Assembly (NCBI GenBank): GCA_036172245.1
Contig: JAYWIR010000006.1
Location: 2,294,001 to 2,358,000 of the forward strand
Reading direction: 5' to 3'
Length of the DNA stretch: 64,000 nt
DNA from: Raillietiella orientalis
Lineage: Eukaryota
Positions within the stretch are counted from its first letter, which is position 1. Every line of letters begins with the position of its first letter. The notes below the pieces were generated by a model. It had not been told where the DNA came from. It saw only the letters and a program-made list of their open reading frames with translations, and searched no databases. The translations under genes and the position numbers were made by a program. This document shows positions 38,201 to 51,369 of the stretch, in pieces.

Positions 38201-40107
38201 ACTCCGAAGGCGCGCCTCTGTCACCGCACGCTGCTGTTTGACTTCTCTCGGGAGGGGGCGCTCAGACCCGAGCGTGCGTCTTCGTGCGTCCGTGGTTTTG
38301 AGGAGGAGCGATAGGGGTGCGCGGAAAGGAAAGGAGGCCCGTCCCTTCGTCGTAGGGAAGCATCCCCCCAGTTCCGATCAGCTCCCGGGGCGAATTCAAG
38401 AGGGCGCTGCATGTCCCTTTGGGGCAGCGCGTTCATGGGCGGTCGCCTCCCCTGCTAACCTGTGTGTGCATTGCTGGGAGGAGCTCGCAGCCTCAGGAGC
38501 GCGCGTGAGAGTCCCGCCTGCGCTGCTGAGGACGTAAGGCAGGCTGGAGAGCGTCCTGCGGGCATCTCCGCTTTCGGATTTCCCCCTGCGGGGCGCCCCC
38601 CTCCCGCCCCGGCCCCCTAATCTTGGAATCCCAGGGGAGACTTGAGTGGTCCGCGCGGCGCAAGAGCTCTGGTCCCAAGGAAGTTCTGACTGCCTCCCGA
38701 GGCCCCCGACCGAGGACGCTCACGGACCCCGTCGTGTCCTCGTGGCGCTCTCTCCTGGGAGTGGTCGTTTGGCGCCGTCGGATCTCCGGGCGCCATCTGG
38801 AAGCCGCTCCGCCGGCGAGGGCGTTCCCTCCCCGCCTCAGCTCCCGGCGGGAACGCGGCGGCAGCGGTGGCCGTCTCGAGGAGGGCTGGAGGGGGAGGAG
38901 GGAACCGGGGCTCTTCGCAGCCAGCGGAGCGCGCGCAGCTGTCCCTCGGCGTTCTCCGCACGCCCATCTCAGCACCCGCCGGCCCGTCGCCTCCCGCGTT
39001 TCCCTCCCGCGGCGCCGCGCGGCCGCATCGTCGCGCGCGCGCGCCCTCTGACCCGCCCGGCCTTTTCGGCGCCGCCCCCGAACGCCGAGAGCGCCGCGAG
39101 TCGACGGCAGCCCCGCGCTCCCCCGGCGGCTGCCTGGACCCGCATATGCGCCCGGGCCCATCCTCGCCGCCGTCCGCCTGTACGCGCCTACAAAATAGAG
39201 CCTCCTTACTTCACCATGAAGTCAACCGTCTCCATGTACCTGTAAAATTCATGGTCCCCACATACCCGCGCGACCATCCATCCCTGCAGCGTCCGCAAAA
39301 TGACCCGTCCCTATAAAAAGCGTCCTCAGTGCCTAAGGGCCTGTAAGAATCGTCGGTCCCTGCGTCCCCATAGAGTGCCTCACCCATAAAATCGTCCCTT
39401 CCTACGCACCGTAGACCGCGTGCCGTCGGGGCGCCAGTGGTCCCCGTGAACGGCAGGCCCTAGCTCGCAGGCCCAACGTCTGCTTCTCCGAGCACCCTGC
39501 ACCCCTCCCCCCACCACCCTGGGTCGGCCGGCAGCGGCAGAGCTCCTCCGAGTTCCCAGGAAGATTCCGCGGTCTCAGAGACGGAGCGGATGCCCGGAGG
39601 CGCCCGGCGTCGGGGTCCAAGGTCTCCGGGCGTCCGGTTTCCCCGGTGCGGCGGTGGTAACTCGAGCTGCGCCGCGCGTGCGCGCCTGGGGGAGGGGAGA
39701 GGGAGGAGGGGGAAGAGCCAACCGCAGTCCTCACTCGTTCCCCGTTGGGGTGTGTGCGTGCAGGAAAACAAGGACAAAATGGGGGGAATCCTCGGATTCT
39801 CCCTACTCACTGCAGCCCATGTGAAAATTCCTCCACTGGGCAGCGTCCATTTCGCTCGCGCCGCTGTGGCTTTGCGGTTCGCTGCAAGGTCGCAGCAGAT
39901 GCATTTCACTTGTGAGCTTCTCGGCACGCCGTCGCGCGGGCAACGAGATGCAGACGCTTCTGCGTGCAGCTCCGGAAATCGAGAACCGGGAAGACACGCA
40001 CACGCACGTAAGAAAAAGGAGGCAGAAACCCGCTTCCTTCTTTCAACCTCATACAGCGCTCATTCCCCAAAAACGGCAAAAGAAGAGCTGATTTGAGCTT
40101 TGTCTTC

Positions 40108-40417
40108 GAGAGGAGGAAGAAGGGATAGGAAGGCGGAGGGGGAGGAGGAGAAAGGGAAGAGCAGGAGAGGAGAGAGAGGAGGAGCAGAAGGTGAGGAAGG
40201 GAAGAAGAGGAGAGGAAGGAGGAAGAGATCATGATGAGGAGAAAGTGAAGAAGGGAAAAGGAGGGGGAGGTAGGGGAGGAGAAAGGGAAGAAGATGAGAG
40301 GGAGGAGGAGAAGGTGAGTAAGGAAGAAGAGGAGGAAGGGAAGAGGGGGAGGTGGAGGAGGAGGAGGAGAAGAAGAAGAGGAAGGAAAGATGAAGGGGAG
40401 GAAGGGAAGAGGAGAAA
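40108..40417. repeat. Polypurine (GGA/GAA-rich) low-complexity tract, ~300 nt
   Basis: Nearly pure A/G on the + strand. Confidence 0.9.
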
Positions 40418-43400
40418 ATCTCTTCGGAGTGGCGGTCTTGCGCACTCGCAAAGAAGGAAGGGGAGAGGAGATTCACGCCGAGCTCCATGCAGAGCATCCC
40501 ATGGGCACGGTCTCTGCGGACGGCCCGTCCGCAGCCCTCCGCGTCGCCCTCGCGAGTCACCCCATCCGGCCATCTTCGCCCTTCGTTCTGCTGGAGGCTC
40601 TGCCTTGGGAAGGTGGAGGTCTTCCCCCTCCGTTTCCCTCGTTTTCTCCCGCTTCCCGGCGCGGACGTCCCCAACCTCACCCCGTGGGCGTCCGTTCGGC
40701 TCGGGGACGGGAGTCTCCGTGGAGGATGTTCACGCGGCCAGCCATCTCCCGGGTGCGGGTGCTGTGCCCCACCAAGAGGGAGTGCAGCTTATGCAGCGGC
40801 TTCTTGGACCACCGGCAGGAAGAGAATTGGCTCGATGGGCGGTGACGTCCGCGCGCTCTCCGGGACCCTGCGGCGCTCCGGTTCCAGCAGCTGTCGCCCA
40901 TGCACTCCCCGAAGTTTTATGGTGCTCTTCAGGAGTGCTGGCGGTCCATGATCCCATTCGCCCCTTTCAAGGGTGCATCATCCCACAGGACTTCGATGGG
41001 AGCGCATCCTGGAAGCGCTCTAGAGCCGGGGAAGTCTGCCCCCTCGCGGGCCGGAAGGTCAAGATCGATCCTGGGGGCACTTCGGCGAGGTAGATGCGGC
41101 CCGGACTAACAGGGATGTTCCCAGGAAGTGGCTGCCGGACTTCCCGCAGAGCCACAAGGTCATCCAAAGCACGCGTGGGTGGGGAGGGGCTCCCGTCCCT
41201 CTTTCGGGGATCACGTCACTCCTCTTCCCCTTCCGGAAGTGGCGCGGCAAACCCGAAGGCTGACGAGCGTAGAGCGGTGCGCCCGTGGCTCTTCCCCCTA
41301 CGCATGATTCCTGCTGACGCCAAGAGAGTACCTAGGCAAAGCCGCCGGTTCCTAGAATCCGGGAAGCGGAGCGCGAGCTGGCGCGGACCGCCCACGCATT
41401 CAGGGCTCGAGCGACCCGGTCATGTAACGACCGGCAGCCTGCATCCGCCGACGGCGCTTTGCGGGACGACCTTGGGCGGCGAACTTGGTAAGATCCGCCG
41501 GAGCGAAGACGAATCGACATGCTGGTCACTCGGAGACGCGCGCGCGCGCGTCAATGCCCGCCCGCTGGCGGGCGGAGGCCGGCAACGTGGCCTCCGTTTA
41601 GCGCGGGTGTCGGGGGGAAGGCGGAGGAGGGCGGCGACGGAAAAGGGAGGCGAATTTTTTCCCCAGCTGGGATGGGGGGGGGGGAGGGGAAAGGGGAGAA
41701 GCGTTTCCTCCTCTTCCCGTTCGGCGGGAAACCGGAGGAGAGAGGGCGTTCCGCCGGCAAAGGAGCTTCCGCGTGCGACTGCTGGTGCCCGCGAGGTGGC
41801 GGTGACGTCACGGAAGGAGCACGTGCGGAAGCGAGGCGCTTCCAAAGGCTGCGCGGGCACGGCGTTTTGGGGACGGTGGGGGGTTGGTCCCTTGCGGGTC
41901 GAGTCTCGGGTGCCCTTCCTGGGCAGCTTTCCTCCGGAAATCAGCAGATTTGGTGGCGCCGCGGAGTGGACGGTGGCTCCTTGGCGCAAGCAGCCGCGGG
42001 CTTCCTTCCTCTCCTGGTGCCGAGTTGCGCGCTCCCCTTTGGAGTGCCTGGGCTCCCATAGGCGCGACTCCTTTCAGCAGGTGCCTCTACTCGCTACCGA
42101 ATTCCCCTCCGTCGCCCGCTCGGCCGCCTCCGCGCGCGCGGGGCAGCCGGGCAGGATACCCGGAAGATCCCTCGCATCCCTTGGCCGAGCGCCGGAGGAC
42201 CTTCCTGGGGATCCGCGCGCCGCCGCCGCCGCCGGTGGAGGAGGAAGATGATGATGAGGGGAGCTGTGCGCATGCCGGTCCCGTTCCGCGAGACGTACCG
42301 ATCCGCGGGGAAGCCTCGCAGTTTCCGTTTCCTCCCGGCTCGTGCGGGCTCGCAGGCACCGGCGGGCGGTGCCTGCGAGCTCAGGGCAGTTCCCGGTGGT
42401 CGTGGCTGATGGCAGCGGTGTCTTTCGCGTGCAAGAGAGGTTGCGTCCTCCGAGCGTTTCGAGCCACCGGAGAAGGGGAGTTCGAGGATTCCCGTGGACG
42501 AGAGAGAGACGACAGCCTCCGGACGAGGCGAAGACAGCCGGAGAGGACCGCCAGTCGCCACGTTTCCTCCTTCTCCTCCCCCTACCTCCCCTCCCCTCCC
42601 GAGGCGCCCGTCGTTGCCCTCCGTGAGGCCAGAGGGTGCGATCCGTGCCACAGGAAAGGAACGCGTGAGTCCGAAACACTCCCGGAAGGTGGGGCGAGGC
42701 GCTACGTGTTTTCCCGCAACGTGTCGTTTCGGGATGGGAGGAACGAGAAGAACCCGTTGGTTCATCCGAGTGCTCCCCCTTGTTCCCCCTCCCTCCCTTT
42801 CAAGGTCGCCACGTCCTCGCTCGGGCAAGGAGCGCCCCGCGCTCACGCAGCGGCTCTTCGTTGCCCGCAGTCAGCCCGCGGCCGGCGTTCGCTTCAGGGC
42901 GTGCAGAGATGGTCGCAGCGGCTTGGATGCCGTGAAAAAGAGGTGCGACGGATCCCCGGCATCCTCAGTACCCCTGCGAACCGCCCATGAAGTGATTCTT
43001 CCGCGGGGCACGTCGGAATCGCCCACTTCCCTCCCCCGCTGGGAACTGTCGTCCCAGACAACGGCAAACGCGTCGTCGCTGCCAGCAGCACCTTCGAAGT
43101 GCCAAACGGCGCCGCCGCTGCCTTCCTCGCCCCGCCGACTCGCTCGGTTCGCCCCCGTTTCTTGCCGTGCGTTTTCCTGTGCTTCCCCAGAGGAGTTCTC
43201 GAGAGTCCACCGAGGAGGATGCAGCTCGCAGCGTCCTCAATGAACCAGCTTTCTTGTTCGTGCCGAGTGGTTTGCGGTTCTGTACTTCAGCGCGTCCCTC
43301 CGTCTCTGGGCTTACCAGTCGCCAAGAGGAAGACTTCGAAGACCATCAGGCACCCACATCTCCCCGGTGTTTCGTCGTCTCCGAGACGGCCTTCCGACGG

Positions 43401-44704
43401 CGCTCCTGTTACCCGATGGTGGACACGCACGTGGGTCCACCCCGCCTCCTCTTGTGTTTGAGGAACGCCAGTGCCCGTGTGCCCAGACAAGGAGGAAGCT
43501 ACTTCTGTACCCTGCATGCCGGGACCACAGCCGGGAGCTCAGTTGTATCCGCGGCCACTTGCAGACCACGAACGTTCTCGGATCAGTCGGTGGCCCCCAT
43601 CGCAGGACAGCAGCAGGTTGCGGTTCTCACGCGTCCCACTTCCTGTTCTGGAACGAGATTTGCAGTCGCAGGCCCATGCGAGACAACGAAAGGAGGAGGA
43701 AAGGGTGGGAGCGGGATACCACGGCGTCTCATGGGTAGGCGGCCGGGAGCACCTTCTCACGCATCGCTGTTTGCGCAGCCGCCTGCCTTCCCCCTCGCTC
43801 GTTCGGATCCCGGCAGAGGCACGCACGGGGCCGAGGGAGACTATCTGGGAAGTCCACCCGGAAGAAAAACTTCCGGGATTTGAAAGACGTGTTTCTTGGG
43901 AGAGACCAGAAGTCGAGATTCTTCCCCGGGTAAAAGGAGGATAAAAATCGTTTTCCATCTTCACGCATCCGGTTCTCTTCGCGACGAGGCTGTCACGGCA
44001 CAGGTAGGATCGGCATCCTGGAAGCTGTGAACCCGGAAGGTAAAACTTGAAACTTCAATCTCTTCCCAGTGGAAACCACATTCCGGTGGTTTCAAGTGCA
44101 CCTCGGATGTTTCGGTAGGACTTTCGGTTTTTACGCCACACTTTGGGTCTCAGGCTGCTTCTCTTCTCCCCCTCTCTAATCGAAATCATCAGTGTTCCAA
44201 ATGTTCTCCTTGGATCCACACTGCAGATTCCGGGAACTTCGCCTTCGTCCTTGGTTCATCAGGGTTTCTGCAACAATTGTGGCAAAAAAAAGCACAAAGC
44301 GAACGGATTTCTGATCGGCGAAGCAGGGCCGTGGCCAATCTTTATCTTCGGTTAAGCCCGTCTGCTTCTCCTCCGAGTCCGGGAAAACCGAGACGCCTCC
44401 ACCCTACCCTTGACTTCCTGAGACCTCGCGTCTCAGATTTCTTCCTTGTCCATGCTTTCTGGACATGTTTTCTGAATCTCCGTCTCCGCTCCGCTGATTC
44501 CGGAGGTCACTGGGAGCGTGCCGGGGAACGGAGCAGTCCTGGACGCGCTCGGGAGCAGCCGTGCCTATCAGGAAACAAATGGGAGCCCTCTCCGCCATTT
44601 TTCCGTCTGCGCGGTGGAGCGGACACGTAGACCTTTTACTCGATACTGGCACGCATCGACGTACAGTCCGAACGAGCCGACTGAGAGTGTGAGCGAGTCT
44701 CGGA

Positions 44705-44901
44705 AGGTTGCCGGGGAACCGAGCATTGTTGGCAGAGACGGGAAAGGACAATGGAAGTGCTACGCGGAGGTTGCCAGGGAACCGTGCATTGTTGCCAACA
44801 AGGAGGAAGCAAAGCGCCCTTCCACTCGCCGAGCCGCCGATTGCGGTGAAGCACTGGAAAGCCTGTCTCACGCAGGGAATGTTGCTGGGCGGTTGCTCGG
44901 A
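44705..44901 (-). repeat. Dispersed copies related to the 33-bp minisatellite unit at 8.5 kb
   Basis: 44720-44735 (CGAGCATTGTTGGCAG) is the exact reverse complement of CTGCCAACAATGCTCG in the 8.5-kb unit. A second copy lies 63 nt downstream (44768-44800) and a third degenerate one near 44877-44901. Confidence 0.75.
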
Positions 44902-44999
44902 CATTCTCTCTTAGAAGGCCCTGCAGAGCTCGTGCGCACTGACGCTCATTCCCGTGACGGGACAGGCCAGCAAAAGCACTTCCCCGTAAGCCTGCTCTG

Positions 45000-45800
45000 A
45001 GGATTCGTCGCCTTCCATGTGAAACGCGAAAACGCGACTTTGAAGAACTACACGTCTCAGAAAGCTCCTTCCGAACATAACCTGGACAGCTTTCGCAAGC
45101 TAGGCTCCAGGAAGCTGGAGAGACCCTGTGCACGGGGAACAGGGGATCCCCAACGCGTAGGATCCAAGGCGTTTTACAGGGTCGGGATCGTGTAGTCCCA
45201 TGGCGAGACGAAGTACATCGGACAGCATCTCTTTCCCTTCTCTGCTCCCGAACATCTTGGTCCTCTTGACGGATCGCACGAAGCTTTGGAGGAAGGAAGT
45301 GCTCTGTTCTCTGTAGGACTGCTTGCCTCCTCACGGAGAACGCGAAAAACACCTTCCCAACGCTCTCTTGAAGCAGTGCTCACGCTGCCGTCCCACTCCG
45401 GCCGCCGAGCGTTGCCTCCTCCTTGGAGGTCAGAATAATCAGTCCTTCCCCTCCGGCACGGGAAGATGTCTCTCCTCGTCCGAGGGGGATCGATCTACAA
45501 GACGCCACAGGGAGAAGCGCACCGGAGATAGGATTCTGAGGGAGCAGCTGCAGGGAAGATGCGCTCCTCTAAGGATCTTTCCGGTCTCACTTTCGCAGGA
45601 GAGCTCGTGGGACCTACACTCCCTTTGCCGTTCTTTCCCGGATCTACGACTCTGAAGAGATGCAACCCATCAAGCTGCGGGACATTCTCTCGAATCTCCT
45701 CCTCCACGATGGCACCACTGCTAGGCAGACCACGGGGAACCGAAAGGGTGCGGAGGACCCTCCCCGTCCTATCAGTGCTCGCACCGCTCCGGAAGGTCCG
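45000..45800 (-). mobile_element. Possible decayed LINE ORF1/endonuclease relic
   Basis: An ORF1-like stretch (VPRGLPSSGAIVEEEIRENVP) is followed by TL*NALDPTRWGSPVPRAQG (cf. GDFNAHxxxWGSxxxNxRG). Confidence 0.3.
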
Positions 45801-46989
45801 CCCAGTCGATAAGGACGCAGACAGGGAAGGATGCATTTATCGCGATGAAAGAAAGCACGAGACGTCGCGTAACGCAGTCTGAAGCAAGAACCTGTCCTCG
45901 AGGCCGGTCTGACCACTTGAGGCAGAGATCCTGGCCCTTACGACGGACTTAGCTGCCGAGTGAGCGCTGACGCGGTGACCCCACCACCCCTTCATGGCGA
46001 ACCGAACGTCGAGGGGCAGGCGGCTCCCTTCTGCTAAAGCAGGAGAGCAGCGGCACGGAGAAGCTGGCGCCGCTTCGCAGCATGCAAGACGAGTGTGGCA
46101 GCCATCCAAGGGAATGAATCCATCGCGCTCCCACGAGGCGCGGCGGAGTGACTGAAACTGGGGAATGGCGCGCGAGGAAGCCTTGGAGCCATTTCGGAGA
46201 TACCAGGACCAGATCAGCGCCCTGTCTCTTCCTTTTCCTCCCCTTTCAAGGAAGACCCCGAAAATCCGGATCGCCGATGTAAGACTCCTATCCCGCCCCT
46301 ATTTGTTGGCTGGCTCTCCCTCTTCCTCCCACTCTGTCCCTGGTTTGGTTCTTAGAGAGCCCTTTTCCGAGAATTTCCATTTTATCTGTTATTTCAAGCA
46401 AATGGTCCTGCATTGCCGACATGAGCAGGCATCCAGGAGTGCGAGGCATCCACTGGAGACCGGCCGCTGCGGCGGAAACGTTTCCGACGTCTGAAAGTCA
46501 GCTCTCCCAGCGCAAGGGAATGGTCCATTTCGGAGAGTAGCCAGTTTCCCTTAAGGAGTGCCATCTGTCCCCGCGTGGATGGTCGTGACTCGTCCCTTTC
46601 TCAGTGCTGCCAGGTAGGCAACGTGCCTCATGGGACCGGCAAGAATTCGCCACAAGAAGCTCCCTTTGCGAACAGTCCTCATATGTTGCTACTGAGGGGA
46701 TGCATGGGAAAAGTTCTTGAAGCACCAAGCACATCCAGTGCCGTTTTTCCTTTCTTAAGCCGTCCCCCGAATGTGAAATCGATTGTTTTGTCACAAGAAG
46801 AAAGCAACGATTCGATCGTTCACCGAGGAAAAAAACACGAGCTTTTGGTAACACTGCTGCCTTAAGTTCTGTTCTTGATGATGTCCATTCTAGCCTCACT
46901 TTCCGGGAGACCTGACTCTCTGACTCCTGCTCTTGCAGAGATCTCTCCGTGACTCACTCTGGTGAGTCACAGCACGAATGCTGACATGA

Positions 46990-47150
46990 CACGGCTCTAG
47001 AATCCTTTTCCACGAGTTCGGCTCCTGGATTCTTTCCCAAGGGAGTACACGAGGAAGGCCACACCCTTGACTTGCCGGTACTATGCGAGAGCGTCAGCTG
47101 TCCACCTTCGGATCCGAGGTTCTCTGCTCATCCAAGTATCCCCTGACTTT
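46990..47150 (+). mobile_element. Possible L2/CR1-like APE endonuclease relic
   Basis: HEEGHTLDL...FSAHPSI resembles THxxGHTLDL...SDHxxI. Confidence 0.35.
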
Positions 47151-47549
47151 CAAAATTCCGACTGATAGGATAGGAGATGCTGGACAAATTGGGTCAACGG
47201 GAAGTCTCGAATATGAGGATGACTTGGCAGCTCATCGTTTGTTTCGGGCTCTCTCCAGCTCGCTGCTGCCTTCGTGAGAAGCACCCGCGAGCGAACGCGC
47301 CGGACTGTGCATGCAGAAGATGCTCGGTGCCGGACCAAGCTCAGCAGCATCCCGTCTACTCGACCATCACGCGCGGCATGCAGGTCTCTCCCTGAGGGGT
47401 CGTCGTGGCAAGGCGAACCAAGGCAGGGAGAGATGCGGCGGTCTGAGAGCAGCACATCCACCCCTCGGCGCTTCGGAAGAACAGTAGAACAGCCGACCCT
47501 ACTAAATGCCGGCGACGGTGCTGGGGCGCGACCAACCACTCTCGAACCG

Positions 47550-50060
47550 GCTCGCCTCTTCTGCAAAGAAGCATTGGCCCATGCGTGCTAGCGGTGGGCT
47601 CCGTGGGGCGGAAGAGGGTGAGACTCGGGGGATCGGTCTTGAAGGGAAAACAGGAAGGACGTCATGCGGCCGGCACTGGCAGGAGTTCTGGTAAAAGCCC
47701 AAAGCACGCGCGCGGACCTGCAGGCGGGTGACATCGAGGCGGCGCTTCAAAGCTCATGGCGTGTCGATTGGACTCAACGTCCCAGCGACCACCACCCGGA
47801 TAGAGCAGTTTGTAAAGGGCGATAGCACGCATCGCTCGGGTAACGTGACGCCGTCCACCAAGAGCGTCTTCTTGGAGCAGCCGCAAACGTCCTGAAAGCT
47901 CCCTCAGCATGAACCGCGCACCGGTGGTGAATGTTGCAATTTAAGGGACAGCGAGAATTACCACCTGAAATGCGGCCTGCCGAAACCACATGTTTCCAGA
48001 ATGAAGCTGAAGGTCATTTCAGCGATTTGCTTGATGTTCAAGGTAAGGAAAGAACATGGGCGTGGTCTGAAATGGATGTTTCCTTCCCCCTCGTCTCACC
48101 TTTGCTGGAGAAATTCCCACCACAACATTCATTTTTGGTGGTCCACTCTTTGCATCTCCCAGAAGACAGCATTCTTCTTTGTAGATCCTCGACGCTCAGA
48201 CATCAGCAACGAGAGTGTCACCGTTCCTTCGTCTTTGGCCACCAATCGGCATCATTTCGGATTCCTCCGATCCGTCACCCCTTTCATCCCTTATTTTGAC
48301 TCATTGCCTCTTGCTGTCCCTCTGTTCCAAATTCAGAGTACCCGAATTCCTCTTTATGCATTTCCCTCATTCTTCGCTACGTGGGCATTCAACTCGCCGG
48401 CACACAGGAAGCGTTATTCTTCTGTTCTTGGCATTTCCCCTCTTTGCCATGTGTCGCAGGTGTTAGATCCAGCCGCTGCCTCTTGCGGTTTCCATATACG
48501 AGGCTGATGTCCCAGCCCGAAACCTTCCAAGCATTTGCAACGACAGCTTCCCAACGACAGTGATGTCTCATCCGAGATCGATGTCTTGACCCGAGGTTCC
48601 TTTTCCAGTTGTCTACTAAAGGCGGACAACAACCCATATCTGCTTTCCTCCGGCTTTATTCTCACCAGTTTCCAGCTTTTCTCTGTTGAATTTGTTCGTT
48701 GTGAAGGATCCCACTCCTCGCAGGCATCCCCAGGACGACATGCAGAGGAAGTAAGAAAGAAAAGAAAAAAACTGTTGTTTTCCTCTACATCCCTGCAAAA
48801 TTGAAAGTTGGTCATTCTCGTGCCGTTCTTGAAAGCTGAAGTACCATCCAGGCTTTCGAGTTCGTTATGCCTGCGAGGCGCAAGCAGTCACGTGGTGCTG
48901 GTAGCGTTCGGTCTGCACTGTTGTTGCTTGATGTCCCACGGCCGTGTTGTTTTCATCTATGGACGATGGCTGGCTGCAGCTTTCCGGGAGTTCTCACTTC
49001 CTGGAGATTGCACTTCCTCGCAAAGAACTGACGGTGCTGCCAATCGCTGGGACTTCCTACAGGAGCACAGCCACGGCGCCAAAGACGTTATGGCTCTTCG
49101 TGAGTTTTTCGCGGGTACTCAGTGACCGTGGAAAGGTGTGCTGAAGTCGATTCCAGGTAAATCAAACTGGGATTCGGGTGACGATGCATATAAGGAGCGC
49201 GTCCCTGGTAACCAGCCGATTCAATAGATGTAAGTAGATCTCCAAGTGGATGCTGTTGCCCTGCGTCGTTTGTCCATGAGCTGGTGATGGGACATGAAAC
49301 GACGCTGGCAGAGCCCGCCAACATCGGGTGGTATCGAATGACACCTCAGCAGAGAGTTCACTGGGCGTAACGGGCAGGGCTGCGTCGCACTGTGAGGCGT
49401 TTGGAAGTCTCGGTACGTCATCCATCTGATAAGCATCCCTGCAAAGTGTAATCACTGAATCATTCGTGTTCACGCTGGACGCCTCATATAGACGCAATAT
49501 CAGGAGCATCGCAAGGGTTCCAAGTACAGTGGATCCGAAGTTTGTCAAATATAGTCTCAGGGTCATGTCATCTGGTAGGTAGAGTGCAGCACGCGGCGAA
49601 CGGCCGATGAATTGCAGCGTCTGGAATGAAGCACCCCTTTGGGCTACTGTCCAGCAGTCACTCGCATTCCTTGAGGCCTTGCATCCATAACTCCGATTAA
49701 CGTACCAGGAACGCAAGGAAGTGCGGCTCACGTGGCACGGAGCTCAGCGGAGTGAGCTATAATTAGAACCGTTCGTGCCAGCGGCAACATGGGACAGCGA
49801 GTTCGGCAATGCGAACGGATAGCATCTGTGAGCTGTCACGCTGCCACTGGCAACGCGGCACCACACGTCCACGTCCTTCCGATTCCTGGTCATCTCGTAC
49901 TTCCCCCCGGATCCGCACCCTACAAAGAACAGGGCTTCACGCCGCCGCAGTGAACGATCTTGCTGCATTTCCGCGTCCCTGTCCCGGGTCCTCGTGCATT
50001 TTCCCAATGGAATGCAAAGGCGTGGATTTGGTACGTGAGGCAAGTTAGGAGAGAGCTGAG
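47550..50060 (-). mobile_element. Decayed I/Jockey-group LINE retaining ORF1 end, APE endonuclease and RT order
   Basis: Motifs are collinear on -. ORF1: PHVPNPRLC (cf. PYxPNPxxC before the CCHC knuckle). APE, within ORF 49162-49731: SLRSWYVN, RAALYLPDDM, VITLC, SFDTTRCW. RT: WKLVRIKP...YGLLSAFSRQLEK, LVADV* (cf. FADD), LQRR...EWTTKN, LNIKQIAEMTFSFI (cf. LGxxxDxxLTFxxH). Many stops and frameshifts. Confidence 0.55.
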
Positions 50061-50392
50061 GTTAACGCGGAATAGGGAATGCGTGCCATAGAACAGGTAA
50101 TAACCAACCCGCCAGGCAGCGCACGTGTGATTGTTGCTTCGTTTGCTCTGCCCTCATGAAGCCCGGAGGCTGGGTCAGACTCTTCAAGTTCACCCACTCA
50201 GGTAGCTTTCGGTCTCGCGAGCTGGCGCTCCAAGACCAAGGAGGAAAGAGACAGGTTCCAAACTGTCAAGTGAACAGTGGGCTCCTCCGTCCGCAACATC
50301 TCCCACCGGTGGTCATAGGTGAGTTGAAAGACAGTAGGCAAGAGAGGCATCCTCCAGACTCGTGGGCACGGATCGCTGCCCAGCCCCAGAAG

Positions 50393-50434
50393 GCTTCCAC
50401 AAATCCAATGGAATACCATTGGATTTGTGGAAGC
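50393..50434. repeat. Perfect inverted repeat, 19-bp stem, 4-nt loop
   Basis: GCTTCCACAAATCCAATGG, loop aata, CCATTGGATTTGTGGAAGC. Confidence 0.95.
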
Positions 50435-51369
50435 ATCTCGAAGTGCGGTGGTCTCAAGACAGTTTTGTTTCAGCGACCGTCAGGTCGAGGAGCCTTCCTT
50501 TCCCCGCATCGGAGGCCAAGTGGCTGAGGTCTCCGAGAGTGGCACCACCAAGCATCGCGGGTTCGAGTGCTCGGGAAGAATCGACTCCAGGGAAATGGGT
50601 GCCTTGTGGGATCGAGTACCTTTCGTCAGATGACGCTGGTCGGCCTCTATTAGGGTGTGGCAGCACCGGTAGCGGTTCGAACCGGATGTCCCCGATGAAT
50701 GGCCGGGATAGGGAACCGATGGGATCCTTCCAGGAAACAGAATCAAGAAGTCCGGATCGCTTCGGAGTTCCCCCCCGGTTGTGCAAAGGAGCGTTCCTCC
50801 CTCCTCCTTCTTGGATAGACCCTCCAGCTCGTACCATAGAGCTGGTGGATTGATGATGCCTCTCCAGAGGGCAACGAAGCGTGCCACTCCCTCCGGGAGC
50901 TCCCTTCTGAGAAATAAGGAAGGGGATTCCCTTCGGGTATCCCTCCCCAGGCGTGAGAGGAAAGGACTCCCTTCTCCGGAGCCCTTCCTGGATTCATAGA
51001 GCGGTCCCCTCCCAGGCATCACCTATCTTGAAGAATTACAGGCATCCTCGGGTGGCGTGGAACAATATTTCAGGATTCCAGCATTGACAAATACGAAGAC
51101 GGAGGCTTCAGGTGACGAAGGCGCCAACTCGGATGGAGCCGCAAAACGGACCGTGGAAAATCGACTCCTTCAGTCGTCTTCTTGGAACGGGAACGGAAGA
51201 GGACAAGAGAACGGGAGAGGTGGGAACACGGGGCTGCTGCGGGCTTCGAACTGCGACGCTGGCCTTGAGAAGACATCGATCGAGGACACGGCAATGTCTG
51301 TCGCTGGAAGATCGAAACTCTTGATGTTATGAGGCCGTGCTCTTTGAGCATCTGGACCGTTTTTCGCAG

